Below, piece after piece: positions 1 through 8,351 of a stretch of 64,000 nucleotides of DNA. The stretch comes from an uncultured Pseudomonadales bacterium (GTDB taxonomy: Bacteria; Pseudomonadota; Gammaproteobacteria; Pseudomonadales; UBA7239), in contig CAZDWC010000008.1 in assembly GCA_964509075.1 (NCBI GenBank), positions 33,331 to 97,330 on the forward strand, in the 5' to 3' direction. Position 1 is the first letter of the stretch. The number at the start of each line of letters is the position of its first letter. Made by a program: the position numbers and the translations under genes. The notes beneath the pieces are model-generated. The model saw only the letters and a list, made by a program, of their open reading frames with translations. It was not told the DNA's origin and searched no databases.

Positions 1-1222
1 TAAATGCATCCAGCAGGTTTTTCAGTTCCTGCACCAGAATCTGGTTGGTGAGCGCAATCGCGGCATAGGAAGCCAGCGCGGTGACCAGCGACTCCACTCG
101 ATCGGAAAAACCGGTCACCTCTCCGGTTTGCAGATCTCGCGCATTGATCAACTGCAGCACACCCACCACATCATTTTCATGATTGAGCAGCGGCACAGCC
201 AGAAAGGAACGCGAGTGATAGCCGGTTTGCTGGTCGAAGGCGCGCGTGCCGGAAAAATCGAATTCCCTGTCCGTGTAGGCATCATCAATATTGATGACCT
301 TGCGTTGCAGTGCTGCGCAAGTCACCACGTTGTGATGATTGTCCCGCCCGTCTTCCAGATACAAGGGCACAGGCGGCAGCGTGACATCCTCGCCACTGGA
401 GCCGCCCATGTTGATATTCAGGGTATCGTTCAGCACGAGTGCAAATTCCAGACGCGGCGCCTGCAAGTCATCTTTGAGCAGGTACAACGTGCCGCCGTCA
501 GCATTCGTCAGCAACTTCGCTTCACGCAGGATGCGCTCAATCAAGGCTCGCGTATTCGGCTCACTGGATAACTCAATCAGCAAATCCTTTTGTTGCTCGG
601 CCAGCATCTGGTTGTCGAGCGCAATCGCCGCAAAAACAGACAGCGCCTGTATCGCAGGTTCCAGCTCGCGCGCAAAGGGCGTGATGTCTCCGCTACGCGG
701 ATCAATGGCATTGATAAGCTGGAATACGCCGACCACACGGCCACTTTCACCAATCAGCGGCACCGCCATGAACGACTGCGAGCGATATCCCGCTTGCTGG
801 TCAAAGGCGCGCGTACCGGAAAAATCAAAACGCTTGTCCGTATAGGCATCTGCAATATTCACCAGACCGCGATGGTGATAGGCCCAGGCCGCAATGTGAT
901 GTTCGTTTGCAGTTCCTGCTTCATCCAGAAAAAGCGGCAATGGCGGGAAAATGGTTTGCTGGCGCGGATGGGTTTCTGCTGCAATGCCCAATGACTTGTT
1001 GCGCACAATCACAAAATCCAGCTGCTGGTCGCGACCATTTTCATTCTGGCGAACCAGATAGAAAGTACCGCCATCTGCACCCGTAATATCCTGCGCTTCC
1101 ATCAGGATAATTTCGCAAAGCCGATATACATCCTTGGCAGCAGTAATTTTCTGCGCTGTGCGCAACAGCCTTCGATACAGTTCGACAGGCATGTCCTTGT
1201 GCAGGGAATCGCGGGTAATCAT
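1..1222 (-). CDS. Tandem GAF-domain protein, probably GAF-GAF-HD-GYP cyclic-dinucleotide phosphodiesterase (3' part beyond window edge)
   Basis: Manual minus-strand translation is open from ATG 1222 (alternatives 1192/1243/1261) to the window edge. It has two similar GAF repeats (NIADAYTDKRFDFSGTRAFDQQAGYRSQSFMAVPL..VVGVFQLINA; NIDDAYTDREFDFSGTRAFDQQTGYHSRSFLAVPLLNHENDVVGVLQLINARD) and ends ..QELKNLLDAF, the linker usually preceding an HD-GYP domain. The HD domain itself is not visible. Confidence 0.7.
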   Translation of the reverse strand, partial: MITRDSLHKDMPVELYRRLLRTAQKITAAKDVYRLCEIILMEAQDITGADGGTFYLVRQNENGRDQQLDFVIVRNKSLGIAAETHPRQQTIFPPLPLFLDEAGTANEHHIAAWAYHHRGLVNIADAYTDKRFDFSGTRAFDQQAGYRSQSFMAVPLIGESGRVVGVFQLINAIDPRSGDITPFARELEPAIQALSVFAAIALDNQMLAEQQKDLLIELSSEPNTRALIERILREAKLLTNADGGTLYLLKDDLQAPRLEFALVLNDTLNINMGGSSGEDVTLPPVPLYLEDGRDNHHNVVTCAALQRKVINIDDAYTDREFDFSGTRAFDQQTGYHSRSFLAVPLLNHENDVVGVLQLINARDLQTGEVTGFSDRVESLVTALASYAAIALTNQILVQELKNLLDAF

Positions 1223-1325
1223 GATCGTCACACAACCAGCCATGGGATAGGTGCGGTCCATTCTAGCAGCTGCCTCGCCTTGCCCCTATACTTCCTCCCT
1301 CCCCTATCTTTCACGTCTTCATACC

Positions 1326-3551
1326 ATGCGCCTGTTCAACCGCAAGAAACTTACAGAAGTCCGCGCGATTATCGCACTGAGCTTGACCCTGACGTTTGTC
1401 ATGGCGTTGACACAATTTTCCAGCGGCAAATCCCAGGAATTGCTGCAGCGGCTGGATCTGTTGATTTACGACCTGCGTTTCAATTTGTTGCTGCCCTACA
1501 ACAAAGCCGCTGAATCGCCACAGCGCATCGTGATTGTTGATATCGACGAACGCAGCCTGAAGGAAATCGGCCACTGGCCCTGGAGTCGCAAAACCGTCGC
1601 GGCACTGGTAGACAAACTGGCTGCAGCCGGCGTGATCAGCGTGACGTTTGATGTGGTCTTTTCAGAACCGGAGCCGAATCAGGCTCTGCTACTGGCAGAC
1701 GCCACCGCAGAAGACACCACACTGGCACCCACGCTGCGCCAACTGGCTCCACAGTTTGATTACGACAACAAACTGGCCACCAGCATCAGCAAGCTGGATG
1801 TCACACTGGGCTATATCTTCCACAGCGAAGAATTTCAATCCGGCGAGCTCCCCGCCAGCAACATCGACCTCCCCTCCGATGCCGTCAACAATCTCTGGGT
1901 CAGCAAGATGTCCGGCTTCAGCACCAACATTCCCGTGTTGCAGCAAGCCGCCAGAGGCACAGGGTTCATCAACGGCCCGCCGGATCCCGATGGCATCGTG
2001 CGGCGCGCACCATTGTTCCTGCGTTATGGTGACAAGCTCTACCCCAGCCTCGCCCTGCAGACAGCCATGACCTATCTGCTGCTGGATTCTGTGAGCCCTA
2101 CTGTTGCTGTCAATCCTACCGGCACCTTTGTACAGGGCCTGCAGCTCGGCGAACACCGCATCCACACCGACGAGCGCGGCCAGATGCTGATTCCCTATCG
2201 CGGCCGCCAGGGCAGCTTCCCGTATATTCCCGCTGTCGACATCCTGAATGGCACTGCGGATCAAACACTCCTGTCAGGCAGCATTGCCATGATCGGCACC
2301 TCCGCCATCGGCCTGGTCGATCTGCGTACCACGCCGGTGGGCGCCATGTATCCCGGAATTGAAAGCCAGGCGACCCTTGTGGACGCTCTGCTGCGCGGTG
2401 AAGCCCCCTACAAACCGGATATTGCCAAGGGTCTCAACTTTATCGGCATCAGTTTGCTGGGGGTACTGCTGGCAGTGTTGATGCCCTTTCTCGGCCCCGC
2501 GCGCATGTCACTGCTCGGCCTTTCCTCACTGGCGATGGTACTGGGCGGCAATTTCTGGCTGTGGCACGCCAAGCATCTGGATCTGCCTGTTTCCAGTGTA
2601 TTGCTTACCGTATTGACGCTGTTCGTCGTCAACATGATCTTCGGCTTTCTTTCAACATCGCGCCAGAAAGACCAGATCAAGGGCATGTTTGGCCAGTATG
2701 TAGCGCCCGCCCACATCGACCGCCTGCTCGATGATCCATCCGCACTGAGCTTCGCCGGCGAGAGCAAGCAGATGACCGTCCTGTTTTCCGACATTCGCAG
2801 CTTTACCAACATGTCGGAAACGCTGTCGGCCAATGATTTGAAAAACCTGCTTAACCGCTATTTCACGCCGATGACCGAAATCATCTTTGAACAACAGGGC
2901 ACCATCGACAAATATGTCGGCGACATGATCATGGCTTTCTGGGGTGCACCACTGCACGATCCCCAGCATGAAAAAAATGCCGTCATGGCGGCATTGCTCA
3001 TGCAGCGACGTCAAGCAGATTTGCGCAAGGAATTTGCCACCATCGGCCTGCCGGAAATCCATACAGGTATCGGCATCAACACCGGCATGATGAATGTTGG
3101 CGACATGGGATCAAGCTATCGCCGCGCCTATACCGTACTGGGCGATGCCGTAAATCTCGGCTCGCGCCTGGAGAGCATCACCAAATTCTACGGCGCAGAA
3201 ATACTGGTCAGCGAGAGCACCCATGCTGCAGTAAAAAACGATTTCATCTGGCGCGAAGTCGATTACATGCAGGTCAAGGGCAAGAAAGAACCCATCCGTG
3301 TCTACGAGCCACTGGCACTACGCGAAGAAGCCGATGAAGCGCTGCTGCATCAGATCGCTCAATACGAACTGGCTCGCAGGGCCTATCTGGCAAGAGAGTG
3401 GACGGAAGCGCACAGCCTGTTTTCCGCGCTGGCCGGCGAGGCGAAAAGTTTCAGCAAACTCTGCGGAATTTATGTAGAGAGAATCGAACACTACAGAAAG
3501 GAAATACTGCCAGACGACTGGTGTGGCGTCTGGCAGCATACGGAGAAGTAG
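1326..3551 (+). CDS. CHASE2-domain class III adenylate/guanylate cyclase (probably adenylate cyclase)
   Basis: N-terminal TM helix; CHASE2 motifs (IVIVDIDERSLKEIGHWPWSR, FDVVFSEP); three TM helices; cyclase core VLFSDIRSFT, IDKYVGDMIMAFW, YTVLGDAVNLGSRLES with the Lys/Thr pair typical of ATP-using bacterial class III cyclases. Start 1326 preferred over 1251. Confidence 0.9.
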   Translation: MRLFNRKKLTEVRAIIALSLTLTFVMALTQFSSGKSQELLQRLDLLIYDLRFNLLLPYNKAAESPQRIVIVDIDERSLKEIGHWPWSRKTVAALVDKLAAAGVISVTFDVVFSEPEPNQALLLADATAEDTTLAPTLRQLAPQFDYDNKLATSISKLDVTLGYIFHSEEFQSGELPASNIDLPSDAVNNLWVSKMSGFSTNIPVLQQAARGTGFINGPPDPDGIVRRAPLFLRYGDKLYPSLALQTAMTYLLLDSVSPTVAVNPTGTFVQGLQLGEHRIHTDERGQMLIPYRGRQGSFPYIPAVDILNGTADQTLLSGSIAMIGTSAIGLVDLRTTPVGAMYPGIESQATLVDALLRGEAPYKPDIAKGLNFIGISLLGVLLAVLMPFLGPARMSLLGLSSLAMVLGGNFWLWHAKHLDLPVSSVLLTVLTLFVVNMIFGFLSTSRQKDQIKGMFGQYVAPAHIDRLLDDPSALSFAGESKQMTVLFSDIRSFTNMSETLSANDLKNLLNRYFTPMTEIIFEQQGTIDKYVGDMIMAFWGAPLHDPQHEKNAVMAALLMQRRQADLRKEFATIGLPEIHTGIGINTGMMNVGDMGSSYRRAYTVLGDAVNLGSRLESITKFYGAEILVSESTHAAVKNDFIWREVDYMQVKGKKEPIRVYEPLALREEADEALLHQIAQYELARRAYLAREWTEAHSLFSALAGEAKSFSKLCGIYVERIEHYRKEILPDDWCGVWQHTEK

Positions 3552-3554
3552 TGA

Positions 3555-4376
3555 TTACCCGCACTGACAGCAGAAATCCAGAGAGCAAGGATCGACAACC
3601 TCTTCAACGGGGGGCTCTCCATCAGCGCTGATGCCTGGCGGCTCCTCGTTGATGATGTTGATGATGTCATCACCCAGATCAAAAATGGCGCCGCCCTTGC
3701 CGTCACTGTGCCAGGTGACATTGTCCGGCAGGTTGGGCAGGATGCCGCGCAGGTAGTCGAGTACATCAGCTGGAGGCGTGGCCGGTTCGGTAGGTGCTGC
3801 ACCGGGTTTGACTATGGTGGCCAGGCCGGCAACATCCAGCCTGCGCTTGGCGCCACCACCACCGACATCAACCGCGCCTTCGCGCAGGATAACCGTGGTC
3901 GTGCCGTCCTTGCCGACGTAGACATCGTAGACCGTACCGCGAATGCCGAGCGTTGCTGTCGGCGTCTCCAGTTTGTAAGTCGACTTGTCAATGTGACCCG
4001 TGATGGTGCGCAAGCCACCCTGCACCAGAGACAACACGGCTTCGTCTTTTTTGTCACCCGATGCTTTTTGCGAATAGGCCTTGATGACAAATTCGGCGTT
4101 CGCCCCCAGCGCCACCACGGCACCGTCTTTCATACGCAGCTGCAGCTGGCTCTCGTTGCCTGTGGTGATGCGATCACCGGCATAGACTGCTGCACGGCGT
4201 GTCAATGAGCGCACGGAGTGATCTGCAGACTGTGCATTCACTGTACCCATGGCGGTGAGTACGATACCGGCTTCCTGGGATGCGGCAAACGCAGCTCGCG
4301 TAGCTGTGAGCATCAGCAACATGCCCACAAAAAGCGCATAGCGATGAAAATGTCTTGCGTACGATTTATTCAACAT
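3555..4376 (-). CDS. Periplasmic FecR-domain protein (paralog 1)
   Basis: Sec-like signal peptide (..ATRAAFA), FecR-domain motifs (GDRITTG..LQLRMKDG, TPTATLGIRGT); GGAG RBS before ATG 4376. Confidence 0.8.
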   Translation of the reverse strand: MLNKSYARHFHRYALFVGMLLMLTATRAAFAASQEAGIVLTAMGTVNAQSADHSVRSLTRRAAVYAGDRITTGNESQLQLRMKDGAVVALGANAEFVIKAYSQKASGDKKDEAVLSLVQGGLRTITGHIDKSTYKLETPTATLGIRGTVYDVYVGKDGTTTVILREGAVDVGGGGAKRRLDVAGLATIVKPGAAPTEPATPPADVLDYLRGILPNLPDNVTWHSDGKGGAIFDLGDDIINIINEEPPGISADGEPPVEEVVDPCSLDFCCQCG

Positions 4377-4398
4377 AAAAGGGTCTCCAGGACTGCGA

Positions 4399-5712
4399 TC
4401 AGAAGCTGTAACGCAGGCTGGTTTGCACCCAGCTCCGCTCATAGGAGTAGTAACCAACATCGCTGTCGTTATGACTGTAAGCGGCTTCGGTGCGCAGGCG
4501 CAGCGGACGCATCAACTGCCAATCCCAGCCCATGCTGGCCTGCTGCAGCGTATCGTCACGGGTTTCGCCAACAAAAAATGGCTCCTGCCCTTTCTGGTCA
4601 GACCACTGTTCGTACAACCGGGCAAACAGTTGATGCTGGCCACTCAACGTGTAACGCACATCGTAGAACAGGCCGCTGAACTGGCGAGCGTTGTAATCGG
4701 CATCACCATTGAGCGCATGCTCGTCACCCGCAGTCACACCCGCCGTGTGCCTGAAATCACCAAACTGGCGTTGTATGCCACCTTTCACGATGTACTGGCG
4801 CACGTCGCGCAGATCATCGTCATAGTTGAGTTCATTGGCATGAACACTGGCAAACAAATCCCAGCCCGCATAATCATGGCCCAGCCAGTCGCCAGAGAGA
4901 CCGTAAAACTGGTGATGATCGGAATCACTGATACGGTAGTCCTGCACCGCCAACGTGCCGCGCAGCATCTGCTGCCCGAGCAGATGATAGAGACTGCCGC
5001 TCATGCGGTAGCTGCTGCTGTCAAAGCGATCCGAACTGAAATTGTCGCGGTTGCCGATGCGCCCGCGCAACTCCATGCCGTTGCTGGCATCAAAAGGATG
5101 GTAGTAATCCACACCTAACTGTTCTGCATGGTACATGTCGGATTGCTTGCGAGCTTCGGGATCAATGGCCAGCGTATCCGGCTGGAAAAAGCCGCCGGCA
5201 TTGGGATTGGGCACGCTGTCATCGGATGTTGCGGAATTGATGTTGTTGTCGTGTCCGAGTGTTGCCTCAACAAAACCCATCAGCCGACCTTCATGCTGCG
5301 GTTCATTACTCATGCGCTGGTTGATTTTGCGCAGGATGTCTGCCGGCGGATTGGCCTGCTTGATCATGTCGTACTGGCGACCGGCACTCTGCTTGTCGCC
5401 AAGCTGGTAATAGGCCTCCGCCAGCGCCACACGGGCCTCTAGGTTGGCAGGATCCGCAATGACAACCCGCTCCAGCGAGAACTGTGCTTCGTTGTATTTT
5501 TTCTGCTGCAGCGCCAGCGTGCCGTACAGATAATCAAACCCGGGATCGGCTTCCCACTGCGAGCGCAACTGCTGCGCCTGTTGCCATGCCGCCTGCGTCT
5601 CGCCACCGGCGATTTTCTGTCTCAAGGATTCAAGGTCATTTTCTGAACCCGCGTATGCCATCGACACCAGCAATGACAACGCCAGCGGCGTCAATTTCGT
5701 CGCCTGTCTCAT
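4399..5712 (-). CDS. TPR-containing outer-membrane beta-barrel protein (DUF560/Slam-like)
   Basis: Signal peptide; TPR-like helices (DPGFDYLYGTLAL..FSLERVVIADPANLEARVALAEAYY); alternating beta-strands; C-terminus NDSDVGYYSYERSWVQTSLRYSF ending in Phe. Confidence 0.8.
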   Translation of the reverse strand: MRQATKLTPLALSLLVSMAYAGSENDLESLRQKIAGGETQAAWQQAQQLRSQWEADPGFDYLYGTLALQQKKYNEAQFSLERVVIADPANLEARVALAEAYYQLGDKQSAGRQYDMIKQANPPADILRKINQRMSNEPQHEGRLMGFVEATLGHDNNINSATSDDSVPNPNAGGFFQPDTLAIDPEARKQSDMYHAEQLGVDYYHPFDASNGMELRGRIGNRDNFSSDRFDSSSYRMSGSLYHLLGQQMLRGTLAVQDYRISDSDHHQFYGLSGDWLGHDYAGWDLFASVHANELNYDDDLRDVRQYIVKGGIQRQFGDFRHTAGVTAGDEHALNGDADYNARQFSGLFYDVRYTLSGQHQLFARLYEQWSDQKGQEPFFVGETRDDTLQQASMGWDWQLMRPLRLRTEAAYSHNDSDVGYYSYERSWVQTSLRYSF

Positions 5713-5755
5713 GCTTATTTCCCCCACAACTGCAAAATTTTGCGAACTATCGCAC

Positions 5756-5782
5756 AAAAAAAAGCCGCGCACTAGGCGCGGC
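5756..5782 (-). terminator. Intrinsic terminator between FecR paralog 2 and the TPR-barrel gene
   Basis: Minus strand GCCGCGC-CTAGT-GCGCGGC followed by an 8-T run. Confidence 0.75.
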
Positions 5783-5802
5783 CCTTACTCTTGCATTGGC
5801 TA

Positions 5803-6516
5803 TCACTGCGGCTCAGGGGAAACACTGCCTCCGGCACCGGCGGTATCGGTAACCACGGTGTCAGTGTTAGGTACGTAAACCGAATCTGCTTCGGTTACTT
5901 CGATTGTAGCAAGTACTGCAGCCAGCTCTGTTGGGTCAGCCGCCACCACCTCAACGCTGCCATCCGCTTTGAACACCAACTTCTGTCCGGCTGCCACAGG
6001 CACTTTCGTGCCATTGGCGAACATCACTTCCACGCTCCCGTCGGCAACGACGATAGCTAATTCCCCTGTCTCGAGAGAAAACTGAACCTGAAAAATCGTG
6101 CCCCGTATACCCAGTGTGGATACCGGCGTTTCCAGTCTGTAGGCCGATTTTTCCATCTCACCAGATATTTGCACCAAGGCGCCTTTTGCCATTTTGAGGA
6201 CAGCTTCGTCCTTGTCGTCACCCGCCGCTTTATGGCTATAGGCCGCCACAGCAAGTTCACTGTTCTCGCCCAACGACAAAACCGCTCCATCTTTCATGCG
6301 CAATTGCGCCTTGCCGTCTGCACCTGTCATCAGGACATCACCGACGTTTACGGCGCCACGGCGCTCAAGAACGCGGACAGTGCCATCCGGCGCCTTGGCA
6401 GACACCGCGCCCTGGGCTGCGAGAACAACGCCGGCATCAGCAAGCGCCAGTGCTTGCAACGGAGCCACCAAAAAAGCAGCCATTACAGCCACCAAACCCA
6501 GAATTTGCCTGCGCAT
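5803..6516 (-). CDS. Periplasmic FecR-domain protein (paralog 2)
   Basis: Signal peptide; VGDVLMTG..AQLRMKDG and TPVSTLGIRGT motifs; clearly similar to paralog 1; AGGAG RBS. Confidence 0.8.
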   Translation of the reverse strand: MRRQILGLVAVMAAFLVAPLQALALADAGVVLAAQGAVSAKAPDGTVRVLERRGAVNVGDVLMTGADGKAQLRMKDGAVLSLGENSELAVAAYSHKAAGDDKDEAVLKMAKGALVQISGEMEKSAYRLETPVSTLGIRGTIFQVQFSLETGELAIVVADGSVEVMFANGTKVPVAAGQKLVFKADGSVEVVAADPTELAAVLATIEVTEADSVYVPNTDTVVTDTAGAGGSVSPEPQ

Positions 6517-6628
6517 GAAACTCTCCTGAACCTACCATTGAAGTGACCTGACAGCTTTCCTGTCCGGATGCTGCCTACTATAAAACATTTTTTGCCGGCC
6601 CGGTCAATATCTGATCATTTTTTATACA

Positions 6629-7402
6629 TCAGTGACCCGCGTTGCCAGCATCGAGAAATGCAGGCTTCTCGCCGCCACCATGCACCATCAGACTGCTGCC
6701 GCTGACATAAGCAGCTATAGGGGAAGCCAGAAACAGGCAGGCATTGCCGATGTCTTCCGGCGTCGCCAGACGGTTGAGCGGCACCGTGGCCTCTACCGCC
6801 GCAATGCCCGCATCGTCACCATAGTGGAGATGCGCCTGCTCGGTGCGTATCATGCCACAGGTGACGCCCACCACACGCACCTTCGGCGCCCATTCCACAG
6901 CCAACGATTTGGTGAGGTTGAGCAAGCCTGCCTTGGCGGCACCATAGGCGGCCGTGCCGGGTGACGGACGCTCGCCAGACACGCTGGCGATGTTGACGAT
7001 CACACCACCTTCAGCCTGCTGCTGCATGACGCGATTGGCCGCCTGCGCAAAATTGAGCGGCGCCAGCAGGTTGAGCGCGATGATCTTCTCGGAGAAGCGC
7101 GGGCTGGCAGTGGCGGCATCGGCATGCGGAGCACCGCCCGCATTGTTGACCAGCACATCCAGACGCCCGAAAGTGCTTTGCGCATAATCCACTACCTTGT
7201 TGATCTGCTCGACCTCACGCACATCGGCAGCCACGAAATGGGCGCGATTGCCATTCACTTCCGGCAGGGAATCCAGCTCGCTGCGGCTGCAAACGATGAC
7301 GTTGGCGCCATGCGCCAGAAAACATTGGGTGATGCCCAGCCCTACGCCCTTGCCGCCGCCAGTGACAATGACCACCTTGCCTTTGAAATCGAGCTCGCTC
7401 AT
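6629..7402 (-). CDS. Short-chain dehydrogenase/reductase (SDR)
   Basis: TGGGKGVG Rossmann motif, NNAG, catalytic YGAAK. Confidence 0.9.
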   Translation of the reverse strand: MSELDFKGKVVIVTGGGKGVGLGITQCFLAHGANVIVCSRSELDSLPEVNGNRAHFVAADVREVEQINKVVDYAQSTFGRLDVLVNNAGGAPHADAATASPRFSEKIIALNLLAPLNFAQAANRVMQQQAEGGVIVNIASVSGERPSPGTAAYGAAKAGLLNLTKSLAVEWAPKVRVVGVTCGMIRTEQAHLHYGDDAGIAAVEATVPLNRLATPEDIGNACLFLASPIAAYVSGSSLMVHGGGEKPAFLDAGNAGH

Positions 7403-7424
7403 AAAACCTCTTATTTACCTGTAA

Positions 7425-8216
7425 CTATTTACCCGTGAACACGGGCGGCCGCTTGGCCAAAAACGCCTGGATACCTTCCTGGCCGTCACAACAGGCGGCG
7501 AGATGGGCAATAGCTTGCCCCTCCAGCGCCATCTGCGCTTCCAGCCCGTTATCGAAACTCACTGCCAGTAATTTTTTCACCGCGCCGATAGCCTGCGTAG
7601 CACTGCTGGCCAGTTGCAGTGCCAGATCCTGCACCTCGGCCATCAGGCCATCGGCGGCGCACACTCGCGTCACCAATCCCCAGTCCAGCGCCTCTTCGGC
7701 AGACAGACGGCGATTGCTGATCATCAACTCCTGCGCGCGGCGCAAGCCGACCAGTCGTGGCAGGAAGTAGCTGGCGCCACCGTCCGGCGACAAACCGGCC
7801 GCCGTGTAAGCCATAGTGAATTTGGCTTTTTCGGAGGCAAACACAAAATCGCCCGCCATGGCCAGACTGAAACCGGCACCGGCAGCCACGCCGTTGACCG
7901 CGACAATCACCGGCACACGCATGCGCGCAAAACGGCTCACCGCTGCGTGCAGGTAAATGGTCAGCTCATGGATACGTTCGCTGATGGCATCGCCATAGCC
8001 AGCAAAGGCTTTCAGGTCGCCACCGGCAGAAAAGAAATTGCCGGCCCCGGTCAGCACAACAACGCGAATGTTTTCGTCCTGATCGCAGCGCAGCGCAACA
8101 TCCATCAATTCACGCCCCATCACCATGTCCATGCCGTTGGCGGCGTCCGGGCGATTGAGGGTAATGCGCGCGATGCCGTCGGTGACATCGAACAGCAGGC
8201 AGGTATAAGTGCTCAT
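7425..8216 (-). CDS. Enoyl-CoA hydratase/isomerase (crotonase family)
   Basis: ITLNRPDAAN, FSAGGDLK, AVNGVAAGAG, GLSPDGG crotonase motifs; start at MSTYT (8216) preferred. Confidence 0.85.
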   Translation of the reverse strand: MSTYTCLLFDVTDGIARITLNRPDAANGMDMVMGRELMDVALRCDQDENIRVVVLTGAGNFFSAGGDLKAFAGYGDAISERIHELTIYLHAAVSRFARMRVPVIVAVNGVAAGAGFSLAMAGDFVFASEKAKFTMAYTAAGLSPDGGASYFLPRLVGLRRAQELMISNRRLSAEEALDWGLVTRVCAADGLMAEVQDLALQLASSATQAIGAVKKLLAVSFDNGLEAQMALEGQAIAHLAACCDGQEGIQAFLAKRPPVFTGK

Positions 8217-8351
8217 GGGAATTACCGGATGGAAGAACGCGGCCATGCTAATGATGCGCCCGCCCGCGATCAAGCGTGATTTGAAGCCCGTGCGATTTGA
8301 AATCCTGCCCACGCCACGTATGCTGCCGACTTACATGTCGATGCGACCTCG

